Positions 9,566 to 18,764 of a DNA stretch of 26,513 nt are shown piece after piece. Origin of the DNA: Alphaproteobacteria bacterium (GTDB lineage Bacteria; Pseudomonadota; Alphaproteobacteria; UBA6615); NCBI GenBank assembly GCA_965261975.1, contig CBDHEC010000037.1:1-26513 (forward strand). The letters run 5' to 3'. Position 1 is the stretch's first letter, and every line of letters begins with the position of its first letter. The translations under genes were made by a program, and so were the position numbers. The notes beneath the pieces were generated by a model that saw nothing but the letters and a program-made list of their open reading frames with translations, was not told the origin of the DNA and searched no databases.

Positions 9566-9799
9566 GATTACCCCCAAAATTCGGGACCGGCGGAACGCAT
9601 GATCCCTGTTTCCAGATCGACTATCCCGATATGTGCTCGCCGATACTGCCGAGAAATCCCGGACATGATTTTGATGTATGTCTAACGGACGGGCGACGTA
9701 TCGCCGTGCCGATTAAACTGGGTTTTGGCCACGCCAAGTCAATAAGCGCGTATCACGGGCCGCAATGATAAGGCGGTGACGCGTTGTGGAAGCGAGCGC

Positions 9800-11161
9800 C
9801 TATTCGCCGCCGCCGGCCACGGTCATGCCGTCGATGCGAACGGTGGGGCTGTTGGTTCCGTAGCGGAACTCGAGATCGTCCGCCCGGGACATCTCCGAAA
9901 ACATCTGCGACAGGTTGCCCGCGATCGTCAGCTCGGTCACGGGGAAGCTGATTTCGCCATTCTCGATCCAGAATCCCGAAGCCCCGCGGCTGTAGTCGCC
10001 GGTCACACCATTCACGCCCATACCCATCAGTGAGGTGATGTAGAGCCCGCCATCGATGTCGGCCATGAGCTCGGCAGGGGACAGTTTACCTGGCGTCAGA
10101 TAAAGGTTCGACGGTCCCGGTGAGGGTGAGCCCGATGTGCCGCGCCCGGCATGACCCGTGGTCTCGAGCCCGAGTTGCTTGGCGGAGGCGAGATCCAGCA
10201 GCCAGGTCTTCATCACACCGTTCTCGACGATGGCCTGTTTTGAGTTCGCGATACCTTCGGCATCGAAAGGCTTGGACCGCATGCCACGTTTGCGGTGCGG
10301 GTCGTCGATGATCTCGATATCGGTGGCAAAAACTTGCGCCCCGAGCCGGTCCTTGAGGAAGCTTGTCCCCCGCGCAATGGCCGGCCCTGTGATGGCCCCC
10401 GACAGATGTCCGAGCAGGCCGCCGGCGACACGCGGGTCGAAGACGACGGGCACCTGGGCGGTCGGCATGCGGCGTGCGCCAAGTCGCGCGACGGCCTTTT
10501 CACCCGCCCGCCGACCGACCGCGGCCGGGTCTTCAAGGTCGCCCATATGGACGGCGTGGGCGAAGTCATACTCGGATTCCATGCCTGCGCCTTCGCCGGC
10601 GATGATCGAGACGCCAACACCTGAATCGGTCCGGACATAGTCACCGGCAAAACCGTTGCTCGCCGCGAGACATATACCGGTACGGCTCCAGCTGGCCTGC
10701 GCGCCTTCCGAATTGGTTATGCCCTCGATCGCGCGCGCGGCGTCTTCGCATGCGCGGGCCATCTCCACGAGGGTCTCGCTGGCGGGCTCTTCCGGGTCGA
10801 CCATGTCGAGATCGGGAATGTCCGTGGCCAGCTGGTCAGGATCGGCCAGACCGCACCAGGGGTCGTCGGGTACGGCCGCGGCCATGTCGAGGGCGCGTCC
10901 GACCAGTTCGGACAGGGCTTCTTTCGAGAAATCCGTCGAGGAGACGATCGCCTGCTTCTGGCCGCGAAACACACGCAAGCCCAGATCGAAGCTCTCCTGT
11001 CGTTCGAGCTGTTCGATCTCGCCCAGCCGCTGGGCGTGGGAAATAGAGGTCGAGCGAATGAGCACGGCATCCGCCGCATCGGCCCCGCGCTTTTCGGCTT
11101 CGCCGACCAGATCGGTCAGGCGGTTGCGGTCTTCCGCGGAGTTGGAATCGGAGTCGGACAT
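9800..11161 (-). CDS. pmbA: TldE/PmbA subunit of the TldDE metalloprotease
   Basis: LGLRVF, PVVFDP.VA..L.GHL, SFLKDRLG, PFDAEG, VNGVTGDYSRGASGFWIENGEI..PV.E.TIAGNL. Lacks HExxxH, as expected for TldE. Confidence 0.94.
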   Translation of the reverse strand: MSDSDSNSAEDRNRLTDLVGEAEKRGADAADAVLIRSTSISHAQRLGEIEQLERQESFDLGLRVFRGQKQAIVSSTDFSKEALSELVGRALDMAAAVPDDPWCGLADPDQLATDIPDLDMVDPEEPASETLVEMARACEDAARAIEGITNSEGAQASWSRTGICLAASNGFAGDYVRTDSGVGVSIIAGEGAGMESEYDFAHAVHMGDLEDPAAVGRRAGEKAVARLGARRMPTAQVPVVFDPRVAGGLLGHLSGAITGPAIARGTSFLKDRLGAQVFATDIEIIDDPHRKRGMRSKPFDAEGIANSKQAIVENGVMKTWLLDLASAKQLGLETTGHAGRGTSGSPSPGPSNLYLTPGKLSPAELMADIDGGLYITSLMGMGVNGVTGDYSRGASGFWIENGEISFPVTELTIAGNLSQMFSEMSRADDLEFRYGTNSPTVRIDGMTVAGGGE

Positions 11162-11197
11162 GATCTTGCTCGCGCCGCCGCGCGCCTTGTACTCGGG

Positions 11198-11614
11198 TTA
11201 CAGGGTACCGGTTGCGAAAAACTCGACGATCCCGATGATGGATGCAAGGCCGAGTGTGGCCCAGTTGATCACGATTCCGGTGGCCCGATTGAACGATTCG
11301 GCGTTGCCCATCAGTCCGACGGCGTGCAGGACGCGGGCAATGATCAGCATCGCGCCGAGAACGGCGATGATGATCGGGGAGACGCCCATCATCTCGATCA
11401 GTCCAACCAGGATCAGAGTTCCGGGCACCCATTCGGTGAAGTTCGCGTGGGCGCTAATACGGCGCGCCATGCCGTCGTCGCTGGCATCGCCCCACATGAT
11501 CTTGTTCTGGAACCGGTACTTGGTAACGCTGATACCCAGGGCGAGCTTCATGAGCCCCAGCAACGCGGCAACCAGCATCGTGTTGACGGGGGCGACGGCC
11601 ACAATCGCTTCCAT
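11198..11614 (-). CDS. MAPEG family membrane protein (YecN-like), paralog B
   Basis: 138 aa, four hydrophobic segments, AHANFTEWVP and ARVLHAVG. AAGGA Shine-Dalgarno site. Confidence 0.88.
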   Translation of the reverse strand: MEAIVAVAPVNTMLVAALLGLMKLALGISVTKYRFQNKIMWGDASDDGMARRISAHANFTEWVPGTLILVGLIEMMGVSPIIIAVLGAMLIIARVLHAVGLMGNAESFNRATGIVINWATLGLASIIGIVEFFATGTL

Positions 11615-11656
11615 GACTTTGTCCTTTTATGCGAACGGCTGCCAGGTACGGCAGCG

Positions 11657-13176
11657 CTATTTCCAGATCGGCTTGCCCGACCCGGGCAGTCCCAAATCGT
11701 CCCACATCGCCGAGACTTTATCGACCACTGCGTCATCCATGCGGATCTCGCGGCCCCATTCCCGGTCGGTCTCGGGCGGAATCTTGTTCGTCGCGTCGAG
11801 CCCGATCTTGCTGCCGAGGCTGGAGACGGGTGATGCGAAGTCGAGATAGTCGATGGGGGTGTTCTCGATCACGGTGATGTCCCGCGCGGGATCCATGCGG
11901 GTCGAGATCGCCCACATGACGTCCTTCCAATCGCGCGCGTCGATGTCGTCGTCCACGACGATCACCCATTTCGTGTACATGAACTGGCGCAGATAGGACC
12001 ACACGCCCATCATCACCCGCTTGGCGTGACCCGGATAGGCCTTGCGCATGGAGACCACGGCGATCCGGTAGGAGCAGCCCTCGGGCGGCAGCCAGAAGTC
12101 GGTGATCTCCGGAAAGGCCTGGCGCAGCAGCGGCACGAATACATCGTTCAGCGCTTCACCCAGGACCGAGGGTTCGTCGGGCGGCCGACCGGTGAACGTC
12201 GAGAGGTAGATCGGATCGCGGCGCATGGTGATGGCGCTGACGTGGAAGACCGGGAACTGTTCGACGGAGTTGTAGTAGCCGGTGTGGTCGCCGTAAGGGC
12301 CCTCGTCACCATATTCGTCGAGGGAGACATGGCCCTCGATGACGATCTCGGCTGACGCGGGCACCTTCAGGGGGACGGTCTTGCAGTCCACCAGCTCCAG
12401 CCGTTTTCCGCGCAGCAGGCCGGCGAACTGATATTCCGAGAGATCGTGTCGGGGACCGGGGTCACCGCGGCGATGATCGTGCCCGGATCGGCGCCGATGA
12501 CGGCGGCCGCTGGCAGCGGCTCGGGCCGTTCGGCCTTCCAGCGGGCGTGATGCTGGCGCCGCCGCCGCGATGCTTCAGCCAGCGCATGTAGGTGGATTTC
12601 GGGCCGGTCACCTGCATGCGGTAGATGCCGAGGTTGAACGCGTCCTCGCGTTTGCCGTCGGGATCGGGGCCCTGGGTGACCACCAGCGGCCAGGTGATCA
12701 GCGGCGCGGGCTCGCCCGGCCAGCAGGTCTGGATGGGCAGCTTGCCCAGATCGATGTCGTCACCGGTCCAGACGACTTCCTGGACCGGCCCCGAGGAGAG
12801 AGTCTTGGGGCGCATCGCCATCACCGTGCGCAGGAGCGGCAGCTTGTCCGAGCGCATCGCGCAGCCCGCCGGGCGGTTCGGGCTGGCGCAGAAAGGCGAG
12901 CGTCTCGCCGATTTCACGCAGCTGGTCGGGCTCGCGGTCCATGCCCCAGGCGACCCGCTCGACCGTGCCGAACAGGTTGGCAAGTACGGGTATCGGGCTG
13001 GGCGTGCCGTCATCGGCGATGACATTCTCGAACAGCACCGCCGGGCCGCCTTCGGCGAGAAGGCGGGTCTGGATCTCGGTCATCTCAAGGTTCGCGGCGA
13101 CGGGATGGCTTACCCGGACGAGGCGGTCCTCGCGCTCCAGGCGATCGATGAATTCGCGTAGGCTGGCATATGGCAT
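11657..13176 (-). pseudogene. ubiD: UbiD 3-polyprenyl-4-hydroxybenzoate decarboxylase, interrupted by three frameshifts (pseudogene or sequencing error)
   Basis: Four segments join into one protein: MPYASLREF...NLFGT, LPIQTCWPGEPAPLITWPLVVT...NLGIYRMQ, VIGADP, and [11 protein letters not shown]...GRPPDEP...DYLDFASP...GLDAT. Breaks lie near 12849, 12558 and 12443. Confidence 0.93.
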
Positions 13177-13267
13177 GGCGCTGGACTTAGACCGATCTCG
13201 TGCCCACTCGTCAAGAACCAGCTTTCATGGATGTTTGCTTGCGGGTCATCGCGCCGCGCAGGACAAT

Positions 13268-13996
13268 ATGCTCATGACGACTGATCCTTTCGACACCGAG
13301 CCGGCGCTGATACGCGCTGCCGGCTACCCCTATGACATCACGGCGCATTCCTTCACCTTCATCGATGGGGAGGCGGCGCCGTTCGATAAAGCACACACGG
13401 CAGGCCGGCGCCCCGTGATCGGCTACGGGTCGAACCAGTCGCCCCTGCGGCTGCGCCAGAAATACGGCACCGACCATGCGCCGATCCCCGTGCAGCGCGC
13501 CTGGCTTGATGATCACGATGTTGTCTACTCCGCGCATTTCTCGAGCTACGGGTCATTGCCGGCGGCGTTACGGCACATGCCCGGCACCCGCGTGGCGGTG
13601 GCCGTGAACTGGTTGAGCGATGCCGAGCTCGAGGTCATGCACCCGACCGAAATCGACAGCTACAACTTCGCCCGGCTCGAAGGGGTGACACTCAACCTGG
13701 ACGGCGGTGAAGTCATCGAGGCCGCCTGGGCCTATCTCAGTTTTCGTGGCCATGTCGGCGACGGCACCCGGCCGATTGCGTTGTCGGAAATCGCGACCGA
13801 GGGGCGACAGTTGCCCAGCCTGTCCCAGCGTGAGGCTCTCGCGGCGATGCGCGACCGGATTGCACCCGGCGAGGACCTGGCGGCGTTTGTGCGCGCGCAT
13901 ATCGAAGATTCGGAGCTTCGCGATGCAAGGGTCCGGCACTTGCAGTCCGCAGCCATGCCTGTGGCCCACGCGCCGCACATCGTCGAAGAGGTCTGA
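13268..13996 (+). CDS. Hypothetical protein, gamma-glutamylcyclotransferase (GGCT/AIG2)-like fold
   Basis: VIGYGSN motif followed by a GGCT-like spacing of elements, including LxxMxxTE. Start is ATG 13268 or 13274. The 12941 start in the ORF track overlaps ubiD and is unlikely. Confidence 0.65.
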   Translation: MLMTTDPFDTEPALIRAAGYPYDITAHSFTFIDGEAAPFDKAHTAGRRPVIGYGSNQSPLRLRQKYGTDHAPIPVQRAWLDDHDVVYSAHFSSYGSLPAALRHMPGTRVAVAVNWLSDAELEVMHPTEIDSYNFARLEGVTLNLDGGEVIEAAWAYLSFRGHVGDGTRPIALSEIATEGRQLPSLSQREALAAMRDRIAPGEDLAAFVRAHIEDSELRDARVRHLQSAAMPVAHAPHIVEEV

Positions 13997-14037
13997 ATGC
14001 CTGTTCGCGTCGGCACAAAACCGGCGCGGAGACGCGA

Positions 14038-14964
14038 TCAGGCGAGCAGCCGCCCCGCGATGGCCGCAGCGAAGATGATCAACCCGAAATCCCGGTTGGC
14101 ACGGAACTTCGCCAGGCAGTCCTTGGCGTCGTCGAAATCGATTGTAAATGTCTGCCAGGCGAGGTGTGCAGCGCCCAAGGCCAACCCGGCCCAGAATGGC
14201 CATGCGAGAGATTCCATCCAGCCCGTGACCGCGAGCAGGGCGATGCTCACGACATAGAAGGCGGCGATCCACGGCCGCGAGTTTGCACCGAACAGGCGTG
14301 CGGTCGACTTGATGCCGACCAGCGCGTCGTCTTCCTTGTCCTGGTGGGCGTAGATCGTGTCGTAGCCGAGCGTCCAGAAGAACCCGGCGGCGTAGAGCAC
14401 GAATGCGGCGGGGTCGAGGTCGCCGCGTACCACGGCCCAGCCCAGCAGCGCGCCCCAGTTGAAGGTCAGGCCCAGCCAGGCCTGGGGCCACCAGGTGATG
14501 CGCTTCATCAGCGGGTAGGGCACGACGAGGGCCAGGCTCAGCGCACCGATGGCAATGGCGAACAGATTGAACTGGACCAGAATCGCGAAGCTGATCGCGA
14601 GCAGCAGCACCAGGAATATCAGCGCTGCGCGCACGCTTATGGCGCCGCTCGCCAGGGGGCGGTCGGCGGTTCGCGCGACGCGCGCGTCGAAATCACGGTC
14701 GAAGAAATCGTTGATGACGCAGCCCGCGCCGCGCATCAGGACCGCGCCGAGCCCGAACAACGCGACCCAGAAAAGGTTGGGCCAGCTGCCCGATTCTGCC
14801 GGGATCGCCAGCGCCCACCAGCCCGGCAGCAGCAACAACCAGGTGCCGATCGGCCGGTCGAGACGCATCAGCCGCGCATAGGGCCGTGCGGCTGCGGGCA
14901 CAAAACGATCGAGCCAGTTGCCGCGTGGGATGTCACTGGCGTTATGATGGGGGGCGTCTTGCAT
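14038..14964 (-). CDS. ubiA: 4-hydroxybenzoate polyprenyltransferase
   Basis: RLDRPIGTWLL, MRGAGCVINDFFDRDFD..V.RT..RPLASG, and YDTIYAHQDKEDD. Confidence 0.97.
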   Translation of the reverse strand: MQDAPHHNASDIPRGNWLDRFVPAAARPYARLMRLDRPIGTWLLLLPGWWALAIPAESGSWPNLFWVALFGLGAVLMRGAGCVINDFFDRDFDARVARTADRPLASGAISVRAALIFLVLLLAISFAILVQFNLFAIAIGALSLALVVPYPLMKRITWWPQAWLGLTFNWGALLGWAVVRGDLDPAAFVLYAAGFFWTLGYDTIYAHQDKEDDALVGIKSTARLFGANSRPWIAAFYVVSIALLAVTGWMESLAWPFWAGLALGAAHLAWQTFTIDFDDAKDCLAKFRANRDFGLIIFAAAIAGRLLA

Positions 14965-15015
14965 GACGCATTGTTAGCCCAGACGGGGCCTCGTCCCCAA
15001 TCCCGGATTTACCCG

Positions 15016-15783
15016 ATGCCCGATACCCCGGCAGATTTCACACGTATCCGCCTGTTTGTGGATGACGATCTGGCCGCCGCCGCCGGGTTCACACTGGGGC
15101 GCGACCAGAGCCACTATCTGCAAAACGTGATGCGCCGGGCCGTCGGTGATCGTGTTGCCGTGTTTAACGGCAGGGACGGCGAGGTCTGGGCGGAGATCGT
15201 CGAAACGCGCCGGGGTGCGGTCAGTTTGATCCTCGGCGAGCGAATTCGTGACCAGGCCCCGGAACCCGACCTCTGGCTGGTCTTTGCGCCGATCAAGCGC
15301 ACGGCCGTCAATTTCGTGGTGACCAAGGCGACCGAGCTGGGGGTCTCGCGGATCGTGCCGGTGATCACCGCCCGGACAAACTCCGCACGGATCAACACGC
15401 GTCGCTTGCACGCCAACGCCATCGAGGCGGCGGAGCAATCCGAACGCCTCAGCGTGCCGACGGTCGACGAGCCGGTGAGATTGCCCGCACTCCTGGAAGA
15501 GTGGCCGGCCGAACGGCAGATGCTGGTTGGCGATGAAACCGGTGCCGGTCGACCGATCTCGGATGTCGCGGCGGAACTGATGGAAAATCCCGGACCCGTG
15601 GCAGTTATGACGGGACCGGAGGGCGGCTTTGCGCCCGACGAGCTTGACCAATTGCGTGATCTACCCTTTGTTACACCCGTCGGGTTGGGGCCGCGCGTGC
15701 TGCGCGCCGACACGGCCGCGTTGGCGGCCCTTGCCGTTGTACAAGCCGTTGCCGGGGACTGGCGTTCCGGGCGCATGGGTTAA
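15016..15783 (+). CDS. rsmE: 16S rRNA m3U1498 methyltransferase
   Basis: HYLQNVMR, KATELGV, EAAEQSER, GPEGGF and LGPRVLRADTA. Start ATG 15016. Confidence 0.96.
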   Translation: MPDTPADFTRIRLFVDDDLAAAAGFTLGRDQSHYLQNVMRRAVGDRVAVFNGRDGEVWAEIVETRRGAVSLILGERIRDQAPEPDLWLVFAPIKRTAVNFVVTKATELGVSRIVPVITARTNSARINTRRLHANAIEAAEQSERLSVPTVDEPVRLPALLEEWPAERQMLVGDETGAGRPISDVAAELMENPGPVAVMTGPEGGFAPDELDQLRDLPFVTPVGLGPRVLRADTAALAALAVVQAVAGDWRSGRMG

Positions 15784-15808
15784 CCGGTACTAGTCAGGAA
15801 ATTTCAGC

Positions 15809-17176
15809 ATGGCAGCACCATCCTCAGGTGGCGGTCCGGTCATCGAATCCAAGGATCAGCTCATCGCATGGTTCGCCGAAGGCGAGAAGCCGCGCGAGGC
15901 CTGGCGGATCGGTACCGAGCATGAGAAGTTTGCCTTCCGGCAGTCGGACCATGCGCCACTGTCTTACGACAGCACGCCGGGCATCCGCGATTTGCTGGAG
16001 GGGTTGCGGCGCTTCGGCTGGGAGCCTGTCTATGAGGGCGATAACGTCATCGCGCTGACCGGTGAGAGCGGCGCCAACATATCGCTGGAGCCGGGCGGAC
16101 AGTTTGAGCTCTCGGGCGCCCCGCTCGAGACGCTGCACCAGACTTGCGATGAGGTGCATGAACATCTCAAACAGCTCCGCGAGGTCAACCGCGAGCTCGG
16201 TGTCGCCATGCTTGGCATCGGCTTTCATCCGTTTCTCAAGCGCGAGGACGCGCCGTGGATGCCCAAGGGCCGCTACAAGGTGATGCGCGAATACATGCCC
16301 AAGGTCGGTACCATGGGGCTCGACATGATGCTGCGCACATGCACCGTTCAGGTGAATCTGGATTTCGACAGCGAGGCCGATATGGCGCGCAAGATGCGTG
16401 TCAGCATGGCGCTGCAGCCGATCGCCACGGCGATGTTCGCGAATTCACCGTTCCGGGAAGGCAAGCGCACCGACTATCTGAGCCTGCGCAGCCATGTCTG
16501 GACAGATACGGATAACGACCGCTCGGGCATCCTGCCTTTCGTGTTCGACGATGATTTCGGCTACGAGCATTATGTCGATTATGTGCTCGATACGCCGATG
16601 TATTTCGTCTACCGCGACGGGGCCTATATCGATGCGTCGGGGCAGTCCTTTCGCGACTTCATGGCCGGCAACCTTGCAGCCCTGCCGGGCGAGCGGGCGA
16701 CCATGGGCGACTGGACCGATCATACGACCACCCTGTTTCCCGAAGTTCGACTGAAGCAGTTCCTCGAAATGCGCGGTGCGGACGGTGGTCCGTGGCGGCG
16801 TGTTTGCGCGCTCCCGGCCTTCTGGGTCGGTCTGCTGTATGACGATGCCGCGCTCAATGCGGCCTCGGACATGATCGCCGACTGGACGGCCGAAGAGGTG
16901 GTGGACCTGCGCAATAATGTGCCCGCGCACGGGCTCGCGACGCCGTTCCGAAACCGATCGATGCTTGAGCTCGCCCGTGAGGCGCTGGAGATCTCCCGCA
17001 TGGGGTTGCGCAATCGCGCGCAGCTGGATTTCTGGGGCCAGGACGAGACCCATTTCCTGGCGACCCTGGAACAGATCGTCGACAGCGGCCTGACCCCGGC
17101 GGAGAACAAGCTCGCCGCATTCGAGGGACGCTGGGATCATGACGTGAACCGGGCGTTCGAGGAATACGCCTGGTAG
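15809..17176 (+). CDS. gshA: Glutamate--cysteine ligase (alphaproteobacterial/plant type)
   Basis: [48 protein letters not shown] and [16 protein letters not shown]. Confidence 0.96.
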   Translation: MAAPSSGGGPVIESKDQLIAWFAEGEKPREAWRIGTEHEKFAFRQSDHAPLSYDSTPGIRDLLEGLRRFGWEPVYEGDNVIALTGESGANISLEPGGQFELSGAPLETLHQTCDEVHEHLKQLREVNRELGVAMLGIGFHPFLKREDAPWMPKGRYKVMREYMPKVGTMGLDMMLRTCTVQVNLDFDSEADMARKMRVSMALQPIATAMFANSPFREGKRTDYLSLRSHVWTDTDNDRSGILPFVFDDDFGYEHYVDYVLDTPMYFVYRDGAYIDASGQSFRDFMAGNLAALPGERATMGDWTDHTTTLFPEVRLKQFLEMRGADGGPWRRVCALPAFWVGLLYDDAALNAASDMIADWTAEEVVDLRNNVPAHGLATPFRNRSMLELAREALEISRMGLRNRAQLDFWGQDETHFLATLEQIVDSGLTPAENKLAAFEGRWDHDVNRAFEEYAW

Positions 17177-17195
17177 TGAACCGGAAGGCCGCCCC

Positions 17196-18764
17196 CTAGT
17201 TTCGGCGGAACGGGCTCCACAGCGCGAGTGACAGAACCACCGCGAGCAGGCCGAACAGCGCGAACACGAAGAATGTGTCCTGGAAGGCCAGGGCGGTCGC
17301 CTGCGCGGCCACCATGCGTCCCAGATACAGGGTCGCGAGCGATCCCTCGATCATGTCAGGTAGGCCGGTGACCGAGAGCATGTCGCGGACGCTGGCCAAC
17401 AGGCCCTGGGTGGCCGAGTTCGCTTCGGTCTGGGTCGAGGCCAGGATTTCGCTGTACACCGATGTCCGCCGTTCGATGAAGATCGCCAACAGGTTGATCC
17501 CGAACGCGCCGCCCATCTGGCGGGTGAAATTGAGCATCCCGTTGGCGGTGCCCATGCTTTCCGGCGGTGCCGCCTGCAGACCGACCGCGGTGACTGGCGG
17601 GAACAGCATGCCCTGGCCGATCCGTCCCAGCCCGACGATGGCGGCGAAGGTGATGAACGCGGTGTTGGGGTCGGAGAATCCCATCAGCCAGAGCGAGATC
17701 GTGAACAACAGGAACCCGAAGGCCAGCGGAATATAGGGTGGTACGAGATCCGATGTTCGACCGGCAAGCGGCAATACCAGTCCCATGATCAGGCCGCCGG
17801 GCACCAGCACAAGACCGGCCCTTAAGGGGCTGTAGTTTTGAACCAGCTGCACAAATACCGGTTGCAGGTAGAAGGATCCAAAAAGCGTTGCGCCGAACAG
17901 GAAGGAGACCATGTTGGCGATGGCGAAGCGCGGCCGGGCAAGCAGCCTGACATCGAATATCGGATCGTCGGCGATCAGTTCCCATACGACGAAGACGATG
18001 GCCGCGCAGAGGCCGAGACCCAGGGCGGCCATGACAAAGTTCGAGTTCCAGCCTTTCAGCTGACCGTTCGACAGACCGGTCAAAGTGGCTGTCAGAAATG
18101 TTGCGACCAGCAGGAACCCGAGCCAGTCGAGATGGGTGCGCGGGGCATTGCGGTCGCGGGTCGGAAAGACGACGGAGGCAAGCATCATCGAGCAGAAGGC
18201 GACGGGCAACGCGACATAGAAAGTGAAACGCCAGTCGAACAGGTCGATCGCGACGCCGCCAAACCAGGGGCCGAGCCCCGGACCGAGGACGAAGCTGATG
18301 CCGAACAGACCGGCGACCATGGCGCGGCGGTTCGCGGGAAACACGGCAAACATCGCCATCATGGTCAGCGGCAGGATGATGCCGGCGGCGAGACCCTGCG
18401 CGGCGCGCGCGAGGACCACGACCAGATAGGTCTGGGCGGTGCCGCCGGCGACCGATGCGGCAAAGAACAAGAGCATCATCGCCACGAATACATGGCGCGC
18501 GCCAAAGGTGCGGGTCAGCCAGTCGCTGGGCAACATGCCTGCGGTCATGGCGGCGAAGAAGGCGGTCGCCATCCATTGCGCCTGGTCCTGGCCGACACCG
18601 AACGCGCCCATGATGTCGGGGACGGCGACGTTGGTGATGGTGCCGGACAGGGCGAGGGCCAGGGAAGAGGACAGGCTTGTGGCGACGACCAGCCAGCGCT
18701 GGGCGAAGCCGACATCCGGCGACGTCACGCCACCGGAAGCTGCGGGCATGACGGCGTCGGTCAC
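17196..18764 (-). CDS. DHA2 (EmrB/QacA-type) MFS efflux permease
   Basis: 522 aa and highly hydrophobic, with TITNVAVP, ARAAQG..AG...P, GP.LGP.FGG, WRFTFY and RQMGGAFG. GTG start overlaps the upstream stop. Confidence 0.9.
   Translation of the reverse strand: MTDAVMPAASGGVTSPDVGFAQRWLVVATSLSSSLALALSGTITNVAVPDIMGAFGVGQDQAQWMATAFFAAMTAGMLPSDWLTRTFGARHVFVAMMLLFFAASVAGGTAQTYLVVVLARAAQGLAAGIILPLTMMAMFAVFPANRRAMVAGLFGISFVLGPGLGPWFGGVAIDLFDWRFTFYVALPVAFCSMMLASVVFPTRDRNAPRTHLDWLGFLLVATFLTATLTGLSNGQLKGWNSNFVMAALGLGLCAAIVFVVWELIADDPIFDVRLLARPRFAIANMVSFLFGATLFGSFYLQPVFVQLVQNYSPLRAGLVLVPGGLIMGLVLPLAGRTSDLVPPYIPLAFGFLLFTISLWLMGFSDPNTAFITFAAIVGLGRIGQGMLFPPVTAVGLQAAPPESMGTANGMLNFTRQMGGAFGINLLAIFIERRTSVYSEILASTQTEANSATQGLLASVRDMLSVTGLPDMIEGSLATLYLGRMVAAQATALAFQDTFFVFALFGLLAVVLSLALWSPFRRN

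Noticed and set aside
12440-12852. Programmed ribosomal frameshifting or phase variation in ubiD
   Set aside because: Three separate shifts would be needed, and there is no slippery heptamer or long homopolymer tract at the break points.
14164-15015. Apparent N-terminal extension or fusion on RsmE (539 aa ORF)
   Set aside because: The extension is the antisense of ubiA. RsmE-like sequence begins at ATG 15016.
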